A stretch of DNA of 39,837 nucleotides, taken from UHGV virus genome UHGV-0025829; one strand, given 5' to 3'. The notes under the pieces were generated by a model. The model was given only the letters and a program-made list of their open reading frames with translations. It had not been told where the DNA came from and searched no databases. Source of the DNA: a virus. Position numbers and translations under genes: made by a program. The stretch's first letter is position 1. Every line of letters begins with the position of its first letter. Positions 9,150 to 18,285 of the stretch are shown here, piece after piece.

Positions 9150-9497
9150 ATGAGAAAACAGATACAGGCTCTTGGTCGACTCAAAACAGGCCAGATGAAC
9201 AAAACAGAATCTGCGTATTGCCAGCACCTTGAGCAGCGTAAAAGTGCAGGGGAAATCGCCTGGTATCGATTCGAGGGTATCAAGCTGCGGTTAGCTGATA
9301 ACACGTTTTATACGCCCGATTTCGCTGTGATGCTCGCCACCGGAGAGATGGAACTGCACGAAGTGAAAGGGGGATTCTGGACCGACGACGCCAGGGTGAA
9401 AACCAAAGTCGCCGCAGATCAGTATCCGTTCCGAATCATCGGGGTAACGGTTAAACCAAAGAAAGCAGGTGGTGGCTGGAACATCGAAGAGTTCTGA
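9150..9497 (+). CDS. Putative PD-(D/E)xK-type nuclease (DUF1064-like)
   Basis: 115 aa; TPDFAV...ELHEVKGG motif pattern. Confidence 0.4.
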   Translation: MRKQIQALGRLKTGQMNKTESAYCQHLEQRKSAGEIAWYRFEGIKLRLADNTFYTPDFAVMLATGEMELHEVKGGFWTDDARVKTKVAADQYPFRIIGVTVKPKKAGGGWNIEEF

Positions 9498-9558
9498 ATC
9501 GACGATCTTTTTAGTTATCAATGTAATCAATAAGTTATGTGGATAAGCGAGGGTAAAG

Positions 9559-10212
9559 ATGGAAAGTAATATCAAAGGGTTAGTTTCCGCCGGGCATGAG
9601 ATGGCTTCGGAACTGAAAGCAGAATGTGGTGCCGTTGATATGCGCAGTGTGGCAAAGCTGATCAGCGATTTGGCAACGCAACTGGAAGTGCAACTGGTGC
9701 GTGCTAATGCGCTGGCCGAAGACCACCAGAGAGCGACTGAGTCAATTAAGCAGGCTGATGCGGCTGTTAAGTTGGCACACGAGAAGTTTTCGGCGCTGGC
9801 GGCGGAGAATGCGGGGCTGAAGGCGATATGTGAGGATCGCCGCACGTTCATTATGAATGGCGTGCAGCTTGGTTTTATCAAAGTGCCAACAGTGGAAATA
9901 GATCCAGCTCTTGAAACAATTCGTATCGCCCTATCACCACAAAAAACCACTCCTGCGACCGACACTTTCCTGGATGAAGTGAAGACTGAAGCACGCAAGG
10001 AGGGCGCTTACTTTGTGGCGAACAGAATGCTGGCTGCTTGGGAAGCTGGTTTTATTGATGATACTGCGAAGAACGCCGCGGATATTGCCCGGATGATTCT
10101 TACCTCTACTGAGTTTATGGCTAATGCGCGGGAAGGCGATTTTGACCGCTCATTCTCTGATGGCGTTCTCGAAGATATCGCTGCCCAGCTTCGCAAAGAA
10201 GGCAACCAGTGA
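9559..10212 (+). CDS. Hypothetical early protein (coiled-coil N-terminus)
   Basis: 217 aa, good SD; no recognised motif. Confidence 0.5.
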   Translation: MESNIKGLVSAGHEMASELKAECGAVDMRSVAKLISDLATQLEVQLVRANALAEDHQRATESIKQADAAVKLAHEKFSALAAENAGLKAICEDRRTFIMNGVQLGFIKVPTVEIDPALETIRIALSPQKTTPATDTFLDEVKTEARKEGAYFVANRMLAAWEAGFIDDTAKNAADIARMILTSTEFMANAREGDFDRSFSDGVLEDIAAQLRKEGNQ

Positions 10213-10973
10213 GCGAAATTAATTACCAGGCACTGCGTGAGGCGGCGGAACGTGCAATTCCAGCAATGGAACGCCTGTTAATGTTGCCAGCTGATGATGA
10301 TTTGTTAAGTGAACAGGAACTTAAAGATTACGGTGTGGATATTGATGCGCTCAACGCCTTCAAATTTCTGACCGGACCAGAAACCGTGCTGGCACTACTG
10401 GATGAACGGGAAAGAAACCAGCAATACATCAAACGCCGTGACCAGGAGAACGAGAATATTGCGCTAACGGTTGGGAGGCTGCTAATCGAAAACGGCCAGC
10501 TTGTTGCCGATACGCTACGCCACTTAGCTGATAACGAAATCGACTCTGATTATTTTGCTATCACCTCAACGAATGAGAACGGTACTGAAATTGATCATGA
10601 GATGGCTATTACCTATTACGCACTGCAAGCTGCCGGAACTGTAGACGAATTGGTTGCAGCGCTGGAATCCGCAGAGAAGCGCATAGCAGAACTGGAAGCC
10701 GAACCTGTAAGCCAGGCTTACAAGTTGAACGCGCTGGATGGCAACTCTCCGGTAACTCCGGATAGTTGGATAAGCTGTAGTGAGCGAATGCCGGATACCA
10801 AAACAGCCGTTCTTGTTGCCAGGGAGTTTGACAGGAAAGGTGACTGGCGAATGAAATGGGCGACTTACATCCCGGGGCATCCTGACGCTAATGATGGGTG
10901 GATAATTCCTGGTGCGTCGTGGAAACCGTCACACTGGATGCCGCTACCAGAACCGCCGCAGGAGGCGAAATGA
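10209..10973 (+). CDS. Ea22-like protein with C-terminal DUF551-like domain
   Basis: GTGA overlap with upstream stop; C-terminal SWISCSERMPDTKTAVLV...W...HWMPLPEPP resembles DUF551. Confidence 0.5.
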   Translation: MSEINYQALREAAERAIPAMERLLMLPADDDLLSEQELKDYGVDIDALNAFKFLTGPETVLALLDERERNQQYIKRRDQENENIALTVGRLLIENGQLVADTLRHLADNEIDSDYFAITSTNENGTEIDHEMAITYYALQAAGTVDELVAALESAEKRIAELEAEPVSQAYKLNALDGNSPVTPDSWISCSERMPDTKTAVLVAREFDRKGDWRMKWATYIPGHPDANDGWIIPGASWKPSHWMPLPEPPQEAK

Positions 10974-11230
10974 TGGATGTAAAAGAGAAGGTTTTGCAGG
11001 TGATGCGTTCCCGGGCTGCCCTGCAAGATAAAGCTCTCGGCGGGGAATATCCATTCAGGATGGCAACCTGGAATCTGCGGTTGGCAATGGAGAAGGGATT
11101 TCCTGATGAAGAATGGCGTTCGGCAGATTTGCGCAAAATTCTTATGGAGCTGGCTAAAAACGGAACAGTATCCAAAGATACCCATGCCAGCCGGATTGGT
11201 CAGGCGGTATGGAGACTGGAGGTGAGGTAA
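10972..11230 (+). CDS. Hypothetical protein
   Basis: ATG overlapping the upstream stop; 86 aa. Confidence 0.4.
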
Positions 11231-11511
11231 TGGCTAACCTGCAACTTGCCGTCAAAGGTGAATACTTCGATGCCATGATTCACGGAGATAAAACGGAAGA
11301 GTATCGCCTGTGTAATGACTACTGGAATAAGCGAATCATGTTCCGGGAATATGACCGTCTGATTATCACAAAGGGATATCCGAAGCGCGACGATTCCAGC
11401 CGCAGAATTGATGTTCCGTATGGCGGATATGAAATCAAGACAATCACGCATCCGCACTTCGGTGATAAACCGGTAAAGGTGTTCGCGATAAAGGTGAATA
11501 TCAATGGCTAA
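11230..11511 (+). CDS. Hypothetical protein (possible ASCH/PUA-like fold)
   Basis: TAATG overlap with upstream gene; 93 aa. Confidence 0.4.
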   Translation: MANLQLAVKGEYFDAMIHGDKTEEYRLCNDYWNKRIMFREYDRLIITKGYPKRDDSSRRIDVPYGGYEIKTITHPHFGDKPVKVFAIKVNING

Positions 11512-11842
11512 ATCAGCAGCAGAGCGCAAAGCCGCTCAGAGAGCCAGACAAGCTGCATCCGGTGTACGTAAGCTGGAGATTGTGCTTGATGCTCAGGAAA
11601 TTGAAATGCTGGAGCGTAACTGTGCCACTCGTCGCCCCGGGCGTGCACCTTACGAATTTGGTGAGTATATCGCGTTACTGATCCGCCAGGATGATGTACG
11701 CGTGCGCGGGCGTATAAAATCGATCAGCAGAAAACGTTGCGGTAAGTGCGGCGAGAGAGTTCCTGTGAATTCATGCCCGTGTAATGGTGACTCGCAATGC
11801 TGGGTGACTAAAGGCTGGCATGAAACGAAATTAATAGTGTGA
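11504..11842 (+). CDS. Hypothetical protein with basic N-terminus and C-terminal Cys4 zinc-ribbon-like motif
   Basis: CGKCGERVPVNSCPCNGDSQC; last gene before the late operon. Confidence 0.45.
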   Translation: MAKSAAERKAAQRARQAASGVRKLEIVLDAQEIEMLERNCATRRPGRAPYEFGEYIALLIRQDDVRVRGRIKSISRKRCGKCGERVPVNSCPCNGDSQCWVTKGWHETKLIV

Positions 11843-11850
11843 CATGTCAC
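11839..11850. repeat. 12-bp perfect palindrome GTGACATGTCAC (copy 1 of 3)
   Basis: Exact sequence also at 14290..14301 and 32086..32097. Confidence 0.7.
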
Positions 11851-12072
11851 GAATGTGTTATGCCAAAAATACGCTACGACCTTGAAGATATGAGAGATAA
11901 CTCAGCAAATTTTCCGAAAGAGGTTAAATTTCTCATGCATAAGTATGGTTGCGCCAGGAGGGATATAGTTATCGACAGTCACCACCCTTGCGGCGAGGAT
12001 GTAATTTTCATTCGCGGTAAATGGGAAGGGTATCTTGACGAGAGTTTTTACGATGAATTTGATGGACTTTGA
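11839..12072 (+). CDS. Hypothetical protein (start uncertain: GTG 11839 or ATG 11860)
   Basis: ORF ends 26 bp before terminator; GTG start would coincide with the GTGACATGTCAC palindrome. Confidence 0.4.
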   Translation: MTCHECVMPKIRYDLEDMRDNSANFPKEVKFLMHKYGCARRDIVIDSHHPCGEDVIFIRGKWEGYLDESFYDEFDGL

Positions 12073-12077
12073 ATACT

Positions 12078-12103
12078 GCCGCCAACTATGGCGGCTTTAT
12101 TTT
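12078..12103 (+). terminator. Rho-independent terminator separating early genes from the terminase operon
   Basis: Stem GCCGCC/GGCGGC, loop AACTAT, then TTTATTTT. Confidence 0.65.
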
Positions 12104-12114
12104 GCATGGTACTA

Positions 12115-12129
12115 TTACCATAACGGTAA
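12115..12129. promoter_or_regulatory. Operator palindrome TTACCATAACGGTAA upstream of terminase small subunit (plus degenerate copy 12133..12147)
   Basis: Perfect half-sites 21 bp before the terS ATG. Confidence 0.55.
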
Positions 12130-12149
12130 CAATTACCAGGGTGGTTATT

Positions 12150-12743
12150 ATGCCTGCTGAACCTAAAACCTATAAACGCAAATCAACGCAATTTAAGCCG
12201 CTCACAGCAATGCAGGAGGCTTATTGCCAGTCATACATCAAAACGCCTGAAAACCAGACTCAGGCAGCGATTAACGCAGGATTCTCCCCAAATACAGCGG
12301 CAGTTAAAGCCAGCGTCATGATGCGCGATGAACGCATTCAAAAACGGATTGCCGAGTTGATGGAAGAGCGCAACAAACGAATGCGCGTCAGTGCTGATTA
12401 CGTTCTCATGCGCCTGGTGGAGATCGACCAGATGGACGTGATTGATATCCTCAACGACGATGGGAGTCTTAAGCCAATCCGCGAGTGGCCGAAAATATGG
12501 CGCACTACGCTTAGCGGCTTTGATCTGTCATCGACCATCATGAACATGAACGAGGACTCGATAGAGACAATCCTCAAAAAAATTAAATGGCCTGACAAGG
12601 TGAAGAACCTAGAACTGATTGGTAAGCACGTCGACGTCAACGCATTTAAAGAACGCCTGGATGTTAATGTGAATGTGACAATTGCTGATCGCATAGCAGC
12701 AGCCAGGAAGAGACTGAAAGAACGTCAGGATGGCAATCAGTGA
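12150..12743 (+). CDS. Terminase small subunit
   Basis: Immediately upstream of and overlapping the large subunit; LTAMQEAYCQSYIKTPENQTQAAINAGFSP resembles the Terminase_2 family. Confidence 0.75.
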   Translation: MPAEPKTYKRKSTQFKPLTAMQEAYCQSYIKTPENQTQAAINAGFSPNTAAVKASVMMRDERIQKRIAELMEERNKRMRVSADYVLMRLVEIDQMDVIDILNDDGSLKPIREWPKIWRTTLSGFDLSSTIMNMNEDSIETILKKIKWPDKVKNLELIGKHVDVNAFKERLDVNVNVTIADRIAAARKRLKERQDGNQ

Positions 12744-14215
12744 CAGATGCAGCGTTATCTCCTGAAGAGCAGTTGATCGAGGATATTGCAGGGTTTACTC
12801 ACGATCCGCTTGGTTATGCCCTCTATGCGTTCCCGTGGGGGGAAGAGGGGACTGAACTGGCACATGCTACCGGACCACGTCAGTGGCAGGCCGATGCGTT
12901 CCGAGAGATACGTGATCACCTGCAGAATCCCGAGACGCGCTATCAGCCGCTTATGCTGGCACGTGCTTCGGGTCACGGTATTGGTAAATCAGCACTCATC
13001 TCAATGTTGATCAACTGGGGCATGTCCACTTGCGAGGATTGTAAGGTCGTGGTGACCGCCAACACCGACAACCAGCTACGAACGAAGACCTGGCCGGAAA
13101 TTATCAAGTGGTCAAACCTTGCTATCACGAAAGACTGGTTTACCTGTACCGCTACCGCGATGTACAGCAATGACCCTGGGCACGACAAGCGGTGGCGAGC
13201 TGACGCAATCCCTTGGTCTGAGCACAACACTGAGGCATTCGCCGGACTACACAACGAGCGCAAACGCATCATCGTGGTATTCGATGAAGCGTCGAACATT
13301 GCCGATCTGGTGTGGGAGGTAGCAGAGGGTGCGCTGACGGACGAAGACACCGAAATCATCTGGGTGGCGTTCGGGAACCCGACGCGTAACACCGGGCGTT
13401 TCCGTGAATGTTTCCGCAAGTACAAACACCGCTGGAAGTGTGCGCAGATTGACAGCCGGACGGTGGAAGGCACTAACAAACAGCAGTTGCAGAAATGGGT
13501 TGATGACTACGGGGAAGACAGCGACTTCGTTAAAATCCGTGTGCGCGGCATATTCCCTGATGCATCTGAATTGCAGTTTATCCCTACCGGTCTTACTGAT
13601 GAGGCAATGAAACGGGTGGTAACCGCTGCGCAGGTTGCACATGCTCCGGTGATAATCGGCGTTGACCCGGCATACTCAGGCGTTGATGACGCGGTGATAT
13701 ACCTGCGGCAGGGGCTGCACAGTAAGGTGCTGTGGACTGGCAACAAGACTACTGACGATCTGATTATGGCGAAGCGTATCGCTGACTTTGAAGACCAGTA
13801 CCAGGCTGACGCAGTGTTCATCGACTTCGGTTACGGAACTGGTCTGAAGTCAATCGGTGACGGCTGGGGTCGTACATGGCAACTTGTTCCGTTCGGTGGC
13901 GCGTCTACTGACCCGCAGATGCTCAATAAGCGCGGGGAGATGTTCAACTCATGCAAGACATGGCTGAGGCTGGGCGGCATGCTTGATGACCAGGAAACAG
14001 CGGACGACCTGTCGGCGGCAGAGTACAAAGTTCGAGTGGACGGTAAAATCGTTATCGAACCGAAGGAAGATATCAAGGAGCGGCTTGGGCGTTCTCCTGG
14101 TAAAGGCGATGCGCTATTGCTGACGTTTGCTTTCCCTGTGTCGAAGCGTCTGCGAATTCCAGGTCAGCAGAACCAGCAAGGCAAGGCCATTACAGATTAC
14201 GATCCCTATGCTTAA
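12740..14215 (+). CDS. Terminase large subunit
   Basis: GTG start overlapping terS stop; ATPase Walker A-like ARASGHGIGKSALI; 491 aa. Confidence 0.85.
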   Translation: MTDAALSPEEQLIEDIAGFTHDPLGYALYAFPWGEEGTELAHATGPRQWQADAFREIRDHLQNPETRYQPLMLARASGHGIGKSALISMLINWGMSTCEDCKVVVTANTDNQLRTKTWPEIIKWSNLAITKDWFTCTATAMYSNDPGHDKRWRADAIPWSEHNTEAFAGLHNERKRIIVVFDEASNIADLVWEVAEGALTDEDTEIIWVAFGNPTRNTGRFRECFRKYKHRWKCAQIDSRTVEGTNKQQLQKWVDDYGEDSDFVKIRVRGIFPDASELQFIPTGLTDEAMKRVVTAAQVAHAPVIIGVDPAYSGVDDAVIYLRQGLHSKVLWTGNKTTDDLIMAKRIADFEDQYQADAVFIDFGYGTGLKSIGDGWGRTWQLVPFGGASTDPQMLNKRGEMFNSCKTWLRLGGMLDDQETADDLSAAEYKVRVDGKIVIEPKEDIKERLGRSPGKGDALLLTFAFPVSKRLRIPGQQNQQGKAITDYDPYA

Positions 14216-14265
14216 TCCGCTGGTGGGGATAATGTCGTTGATATCCTCTGGTGAGGATAAAACAA

Positions 14266-14285
14266 AGCCAGTTCATAGGCTGGCT
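14266..14285. terminator. Bidirectional terminator hairpin between convergent terL and minus-strand ORF
   Basis: Stem AGCCAG/CTGGCT flanked by T-rich sequence on both strands. Confidence 0.5.
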
Positions 14286-14289
14286 GTTT

Positions 14290-14301
14290 GTGACATGTCA
14301 C
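14290..14301. repeat. 12-bp perfect palindrome GTGACATGTCAC (copy 2 of 3)
   Basis: Exact match; lies between ORF stop and terminator. Confidence 0.7.
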
Positions 14302-14305
14302 GGTG

Positions 14306-14677
14306 TTATTGCTCGCTTAACTTCTGCTTCAGCAAGTAACCTTCAAGCATCCAGATTTTGTTTACAGCATTCTGCCGGGCAATCTTCCGACCAATTTCTG
14401 CATCAAAGTTTTCCTGGCTTGCACAGGCGCTCTCTCCGGTGACGGTGAAGCCGTTGCGCAGCACCAGGACGCAGAACGTCAGCAGAGAAAGTGATTCGTG
14501 CGGCTGGTAGTTTACCTCTCCGCCAGTATGTTTCGCTTTTATGGCTTTGCCAAAGGCACCATCCTCTGCTGTGAAATATGCCTCCTGAGCAATAATGCTT
14601 TCGATATGGTCTGGCGTAACGCGCGGAGCAGTTTTGCCTTTCTCAACGATTTCTTTTTCGATTTGCTGGTCGTTCAT
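14306..14677 (-). CDS. Hypothetical moron protein
   Basis: 123 aa on the opposite strand to the flanking late genes; AAGGTGA SD; downstream of the tRNA on the same strand. Confidence 0.55.
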   Translation of the reverse strand: MNDQQIEKEIVEKGKTAPRVTPDHIESIIAQEAYFTAEDGAFGKAIKAKHTGGEVNYQPHESLSLLTFCVLVLRNGFTVTGESACASQENFDAEIGRKIARQNAVNKIWMLEGYLLKQKLSEQ

Positions 14678-14875
14678 AATCTCACCTTAAAAAAATGCCC
14701 GGCGAACCGGGCGAACTGGAAGCAATGAGTTATGCCTTCCGTGGCTGTACTGGTTTACAGCATGAAGTCATCGCAATGGCGTCCTGCTGTAAAAAGGGCG
14801 GTGATAGTCCTTCAAGGGAAACCATCACCGCCAAGCCCCTGGAACTTCTGGCATCACGGTCCTTAGGCGTGATTC

Positions 14876-14952
14876 TGGCGTGGCATGCAGGATTCGAACC
14901 TGCGACCAACCGCTTAGAAGGCGGTTGCTCTGTCCAACTGAGCTAATGCCAC
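14876..14952 (-). tRNA. tRNA-Arg (anticodon UCU)
   Basis: Reverse complement folds as a cloverleaf: acceptor GTGGCAT/ATGCCAC, anticodon loop CTTCTAA, T-loop GGTTCGAATCC, 3-prime GCCA. Confidence 0.85.
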
Positions 14953-15274
14953 AACGCTGAGAGCACTTAGCCTGTTAAGGCACCACACTTTGTCGCGGCT
15001 CCATAAATGCTCTCATCGTTGTACCCTCGTCTCTTCCGAGGTGTCACACCGAATCGCCGGGATGGTGAATCCCCGTGCGCGGAATAAAACCGCTTGACTT
15101 GCACATTCCGGCTACCTGGTTCGTTTGCCCGAGCAAGGGAGGGTGCCACTTAAACGTACCCAGACCGCTATCGGCGCATGTGCCATACGCCGTACTGCTC
15201 AAAATAAAAGCTCACTCCACCTGTTCAATTTAACGACAAGCCAGTCAGGTTAGTAACCGTAATGAACTCTTTGC

Positions 15275-15289
15275 TTACCTGAAAGGTAA
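15275..15289. promoter_or_regulatory. Operator palindrome TTACCTGAAAGGTAA upstream of the virion operon
   Basis: Perfect motif copy about 90 bp before the 15380 start. Confidence 0.55.
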
Positions 15290-15379
15290 TAATTCGTGCG
15301 TTAAATGTCAACCATCTACGATAAATAAATCATATATGGTTAAATTGGTAATAATTTAATTGCGTACGGAGTCATTGAT

Positions 15380-15586
15380 ATGTGCATGGGTAGCTCACCA
15401 TCAGTGCCTGCAACACCAGAAGTTCAGGCAGCACCACAGGAGCAGGATGCCGCCGTTGTTGATGCCCGCGATGAAGAAACTCGTCGCCGTCGCGCTGCTG
15501 CTGGTCGTAGTTCTACGCTGCTTACCGGTTCTCAGGGCGACACATCAACCGCTAATACCAGCGGTAAAACGCTGCTTGGTCAGTAA
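15380..15586 (+). CDS. Small low-complexity virion protein, T7 gp6.7-like
   Basis: Starts MC...; Ser/Thr/Gly-rich; sits directly before the portal gene, as gp6.7 does in T7 (recalled). Confidence 0.4.
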   Translation: MCMGSSPSVPATPEVQAAPQEQDAAVVDARDEETRRRRAAAGRSSTLLTGSQGDTSTANTSGKTLLGQ

Positions 15587-15600
15587 CCGGAGTCATTGAA

Positions 15601-17280
15601 ATGGCGGAAACAACTAAAGAGCGATTGAACAAACAGTTCGCACAACTTGAAAGCGAGCGTCAGTCGTTCGAGCCGCACTGGCGCGAGTTGAGTGATTACA
15701 TCAACCCGCGTGGTTCCCGCTTTCTGACTTCTGAGGTCAACCGTAACGATCGACGCAATACGCGCATTATTGATTCGACCGGGACTATGGCGGCGCGTAC
15801 TCTCGCCAGCGGCATGATGTCTGGTATCACAAGCCCCGCCCGTCCGTGGTTTCGCCTGGCTACGCCAGATCCTGAAATGATGGATTATGGCCCTGTTAAG
15901 TTGTGGCTTGAAGCGGTGCAGAACCGCATGAACGATATGTTCAATAAGTCGAATCTCTACCAGTCTCTTCCGCAGTTATACGGAAGCCTCGGCACATACA
16001 GCACTGGTGCAATGGCGGTGCTGGAGGATGACGAGGACATCATTCGCACAATGCCATTCCCGATAGGCAGTTACTACCTGGCTAACTCACCTCGTGGCAG
16101 TGTGGACACCTGTTTTCGCAAGTTCTCTATGACTGTTCGTCAGCTTGTTCAGGAGTTCGGGCTAAATAACGTCAGCGAATCCGTAAAAAGCATGTGGGAA
16201 AGCGGCACCTACGAGAAGTGGATTGAAGTGATGCATTCGGTTTACCCGAACATTGACCGCGATACATCGAAGCTGGATAGCAAGAACAAGCCATTCAAAT
16301 CGGTTTATTACGAGGTTGGTGGCGATAACGACAAGTTGTTGCGTGAGTCCGGATTCGATGAGTTTCCAATTATGGCTCCGCGCTGGGAAGTTAACGGCGA
16401 AGATGTTTATGGATCATCATGCCCGGGTATGCTGGCGCTTGGACCTGTTAAGGCATTGCAGCTTCTCCAGAAGCGCAAGTCGCAGTTGATTGATAAAGCC
16501 ACCAATCCGCCGATGGTTGCTCCGACTTCCCTCAAGAATCAGCGCGCCTCCCTTCTTCCTGGCGACATCACGTATATCGATCAGATTACTGGTCAGGATG
16601 GTTTCAGGCCTGCTTATCTGGTTAACCCCAGTACAGCAGATCTGGTGGCAGACATTCAGGACACTCGCCAAATCATTAACAGCGCCTACTTTGTCGATCT
16701 GTTCATGATGTTGCATAACATCAATACCCGCTCGATGCCTGTTGAAGCAGTGATCGAAATGAAAGAAGAAAAACTTCTGATGTTGGGGCCGGTTCTGGAG
16801 CGTCTGAACGACGAATGTCTTAATCCTCTCATTGACCGCGCTTTCTCGATGATGGTGCGTAAAAACATGCTGCCACCACCGCCTGACGCGATGGAAGGTA
16901 TGCCCCTGAAGGTCGAATACATTTCCGTCATGGCTCAGGCGCAGAAGTCTATCGGCCTGTCCAGTCTGGCATCCACGGTCAACTTCATTGGTCAACTTGC
17001 GCAAGCGAAACCAGAAGCTCTCGACAAACTCAACGTTGATCAGGCGATCGATGCATTCGCTGATATGTCCGGAGTGTCTCCAACCGTCATTGTTCCGCAG
17101 GAACAGGTTGAGCAGGCTCGCCAGCAACGGGCACAGCAGCAACAGCAGCAACAAATGATGGCGATGGGGATGGCGGCGGCACAGGGTGCCAAGACGCTAA
17201 GCGAAGCTAAAACTTCGGATCCGAGTGTTTTGTCAGCTATGGCGAATGCAGTTAGTGGTCAGGGTGGGCAATCACAATGA
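15601..17280 (+). CDS. Portal (head-to-tail connector) protein, T7 gp8-like
   Basis: 559 aa after terminase; Gln/Ala/Met-rich C-terminal tail (QQRAQQQQQQQMMAMGMAAAQGA) resembles the T7 gp8 C-terminus as recalled. Confidence 0.75.
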   Translation: MAETTKERLNKQFAQLESERQSFEPHWRELSDYINPRGSRFLTSEVNRNDRRNTRIIDSTGTMAARTLASGMMSGITSPARPWFRLATPDPEMMDYGPVKLWLEAVQNRMNDMFNKSNLYQSLPQLYGSLGTYSTGAMAVLEDDEDIIRTMPFPIGSYYLANSPRGSVDTCFRKFSMTVRQLVQEFGLNNVSESVKSMWESGTYEKWIEVMHSVYPNIDRDTSKLDSKNKPFKSVYYEVGGDNDKLLRESGFDEFPIMAPRWEVNGEDVYGSSCPGMLALGPVKALQLLQKRKSQLIDKATNPPMVAPTSLKNQRASLLPGDITYIDQITGQDGFRPAYLVNPSTADLVADIQDTRQIINSAYFVDLFMMLHNINTRSMPVEAVIEMKEEKLLMLGPVLERLNDECLNPLIDRAFSMMVRKNMLPPPPDAMEGMPLKVEYISVMAQAQKSIGLSSLASTVNFIGQLAQAKPEALDKLNVDQAIDAFADMSGVSPTVIVPQEQVEQARQQRAQQQQQQQMMAMGMAAAQGAKTLSEAKTSDPSVLSAMANAVSGQGGQSQ

Positions 17281-17573
17281 CAGATTACGAAGACGATCAA
17301 CTGAAAGAAGAAAACGCCCGTAAGCAACGTGACATGGCGCAGCGTGAAATTGATGACATTCGCTTTGTCATGAGCAGTGAACAGGGGCGTCGCGTTGTCT
17401 GGTCGGTGCTGGAGAAAGGCCGTGTGTTTTCCGCTATCTCACCGATGGACGCTATGGCAATGGCATTTAATGAGGGGCAACGCAATCTGGCGCTGGAACT
17501 GTTTCAGCGCGTTATGGCGCATTGCCCTGAACAGTATTTGAAGATGGCCAAAGAGGCCAGTGAACAGGAGTGA
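17277..17573 (+). CDS. Hypothetical protein between portal and scaffold
   Basis: ATGA overlap with the portal stop; 98 aa. Confidence 0.5.
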   Translation: MTDYEDDQLKEENARKQRDMAQREIDDIRFVMSSEQGRRVVWSVLEKGRVFSAISPMDAMAMAFNEGQRNLALELFQRVMAHCPEQYLKMAKEASEQE

Positions 17574-17575
17574 TC

Positions 17576-18271
17576 ATGAATTTATTTGAGCGTTTGCTGT
17601 ATCGCCGTCTTTGCAATGAGCAGCCAGTCGATGGTGGAGCAGCTCCGGCTGCGTCAGAACCGTCAGCGCCTGCAGGTGATCCCCCTGCTCCAGTTGGTGA
17701 TCCATCACAACAGGAAGGTGATAAGCCACAACCTGTTGCTGATGGCGATAAACCTGCTGATGACAAAAAGCCTGAAAACGATAAGCAGGATGAAAAAAAG
17801 GGCGGCGATAAACCAGATGGTGCGCCTGAGAAGTACGAGTTTCAGGCTGCCGAAGGCGTAGAGCTGGATACAGAAGCGTTGAAGGAATTCGAGCCGGTGG
17901 CGCGTGAACTAAACCTGACCAACGAGCAAGCGCAAAAGCTGGTTGATGCTTATCCGAAGATTCTGGCAGGTGTGCAGCAGCGCCAGGCAGAAGCCTGGCA
18001 GAAAACAACCGAGCAGTGGGCTGCGGATGTAAAAGCTGACAAAGAAATCGGTGGCGACAAGTTGATTTCTAACCTTAGCGCCGCACAGCGTGCGCTTGAC
18101 CAGTTCGGGACACCTGAACTCAAAGAATATCTGAACACCACCGGACTGGGTAATCACCCTGACCTGGTCAAAACGTTCGTGAAAATCGGAAAGGCGATGT
18201 CTGAAGATGGCATGGTCACCGGTGGTAATGAAGGCCAGCGTAGTGCGGCCGAAGTGCTCTATGGCAAATAA
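17576..18271 (+). CDS. Scaffolding protein
   Basis: Acidic, Pro/Ala-rich N-terminal half and helical C-terminus; immediately precedes the capsid gene; AGGAG SD. Confidence 0.6.
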   Translation: MNLFERLLYRRLCNEQPVDGGAAPAASEPSAPAGDPPAPVGDPSQQEGDKPQPVADGDKPADDKKPENDKQDEKKGGDKPDGAPEKYEFQAAEGVELDTEALKEFEPVARELNLTNEQAQKLVDAYPKILAGVQQRQAEAWQKTTEQWAADVKADKEIGGDKLISNLSAAQRALDQFGTPELKEYLNTTGLGNHPDLVKTFVKIGKAMSEDGMVTGGNEGQRSAAEVLYGK

Positions 18272-18285
18272 GAGAGGAAATGACA

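Noticed and set aside
11837-11852. CRP-binding site interpretation of the GTGACATGTCAC palindrome
   Set aside because: The TGTGA/TCACA half-sites are separated by 4 bp rather than the 6 bp required for CRP.
12069-12149. Upstream extension of the terminase small subunit ORF from a non-ATG start at 12069
   Set aside because: The extension covers the terminator and operator; the ATG at 12150 is the more plausible start.
14953-15270. Possible second tRNA or tRNA remnant in the 320-bp leader upstream of tRNA-Arg
   Set aside because: Fragments resembling T-arm sequence are present but no complete acceptor stem or cloverleaf could be assembled by eye.
16417-17154. Long antisense ORFs inside established genes (for example 16417..17154 minus inside the portal, 360..806 minus inside the integrase, 25278..25724 minus, 9291..9998 minus, 12973..13479 minus)
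   Set aside because: They lie entirely within longer, motif-supported CDSs on the other strand and lack ribosome-binding sites; typical shadow ORFs.
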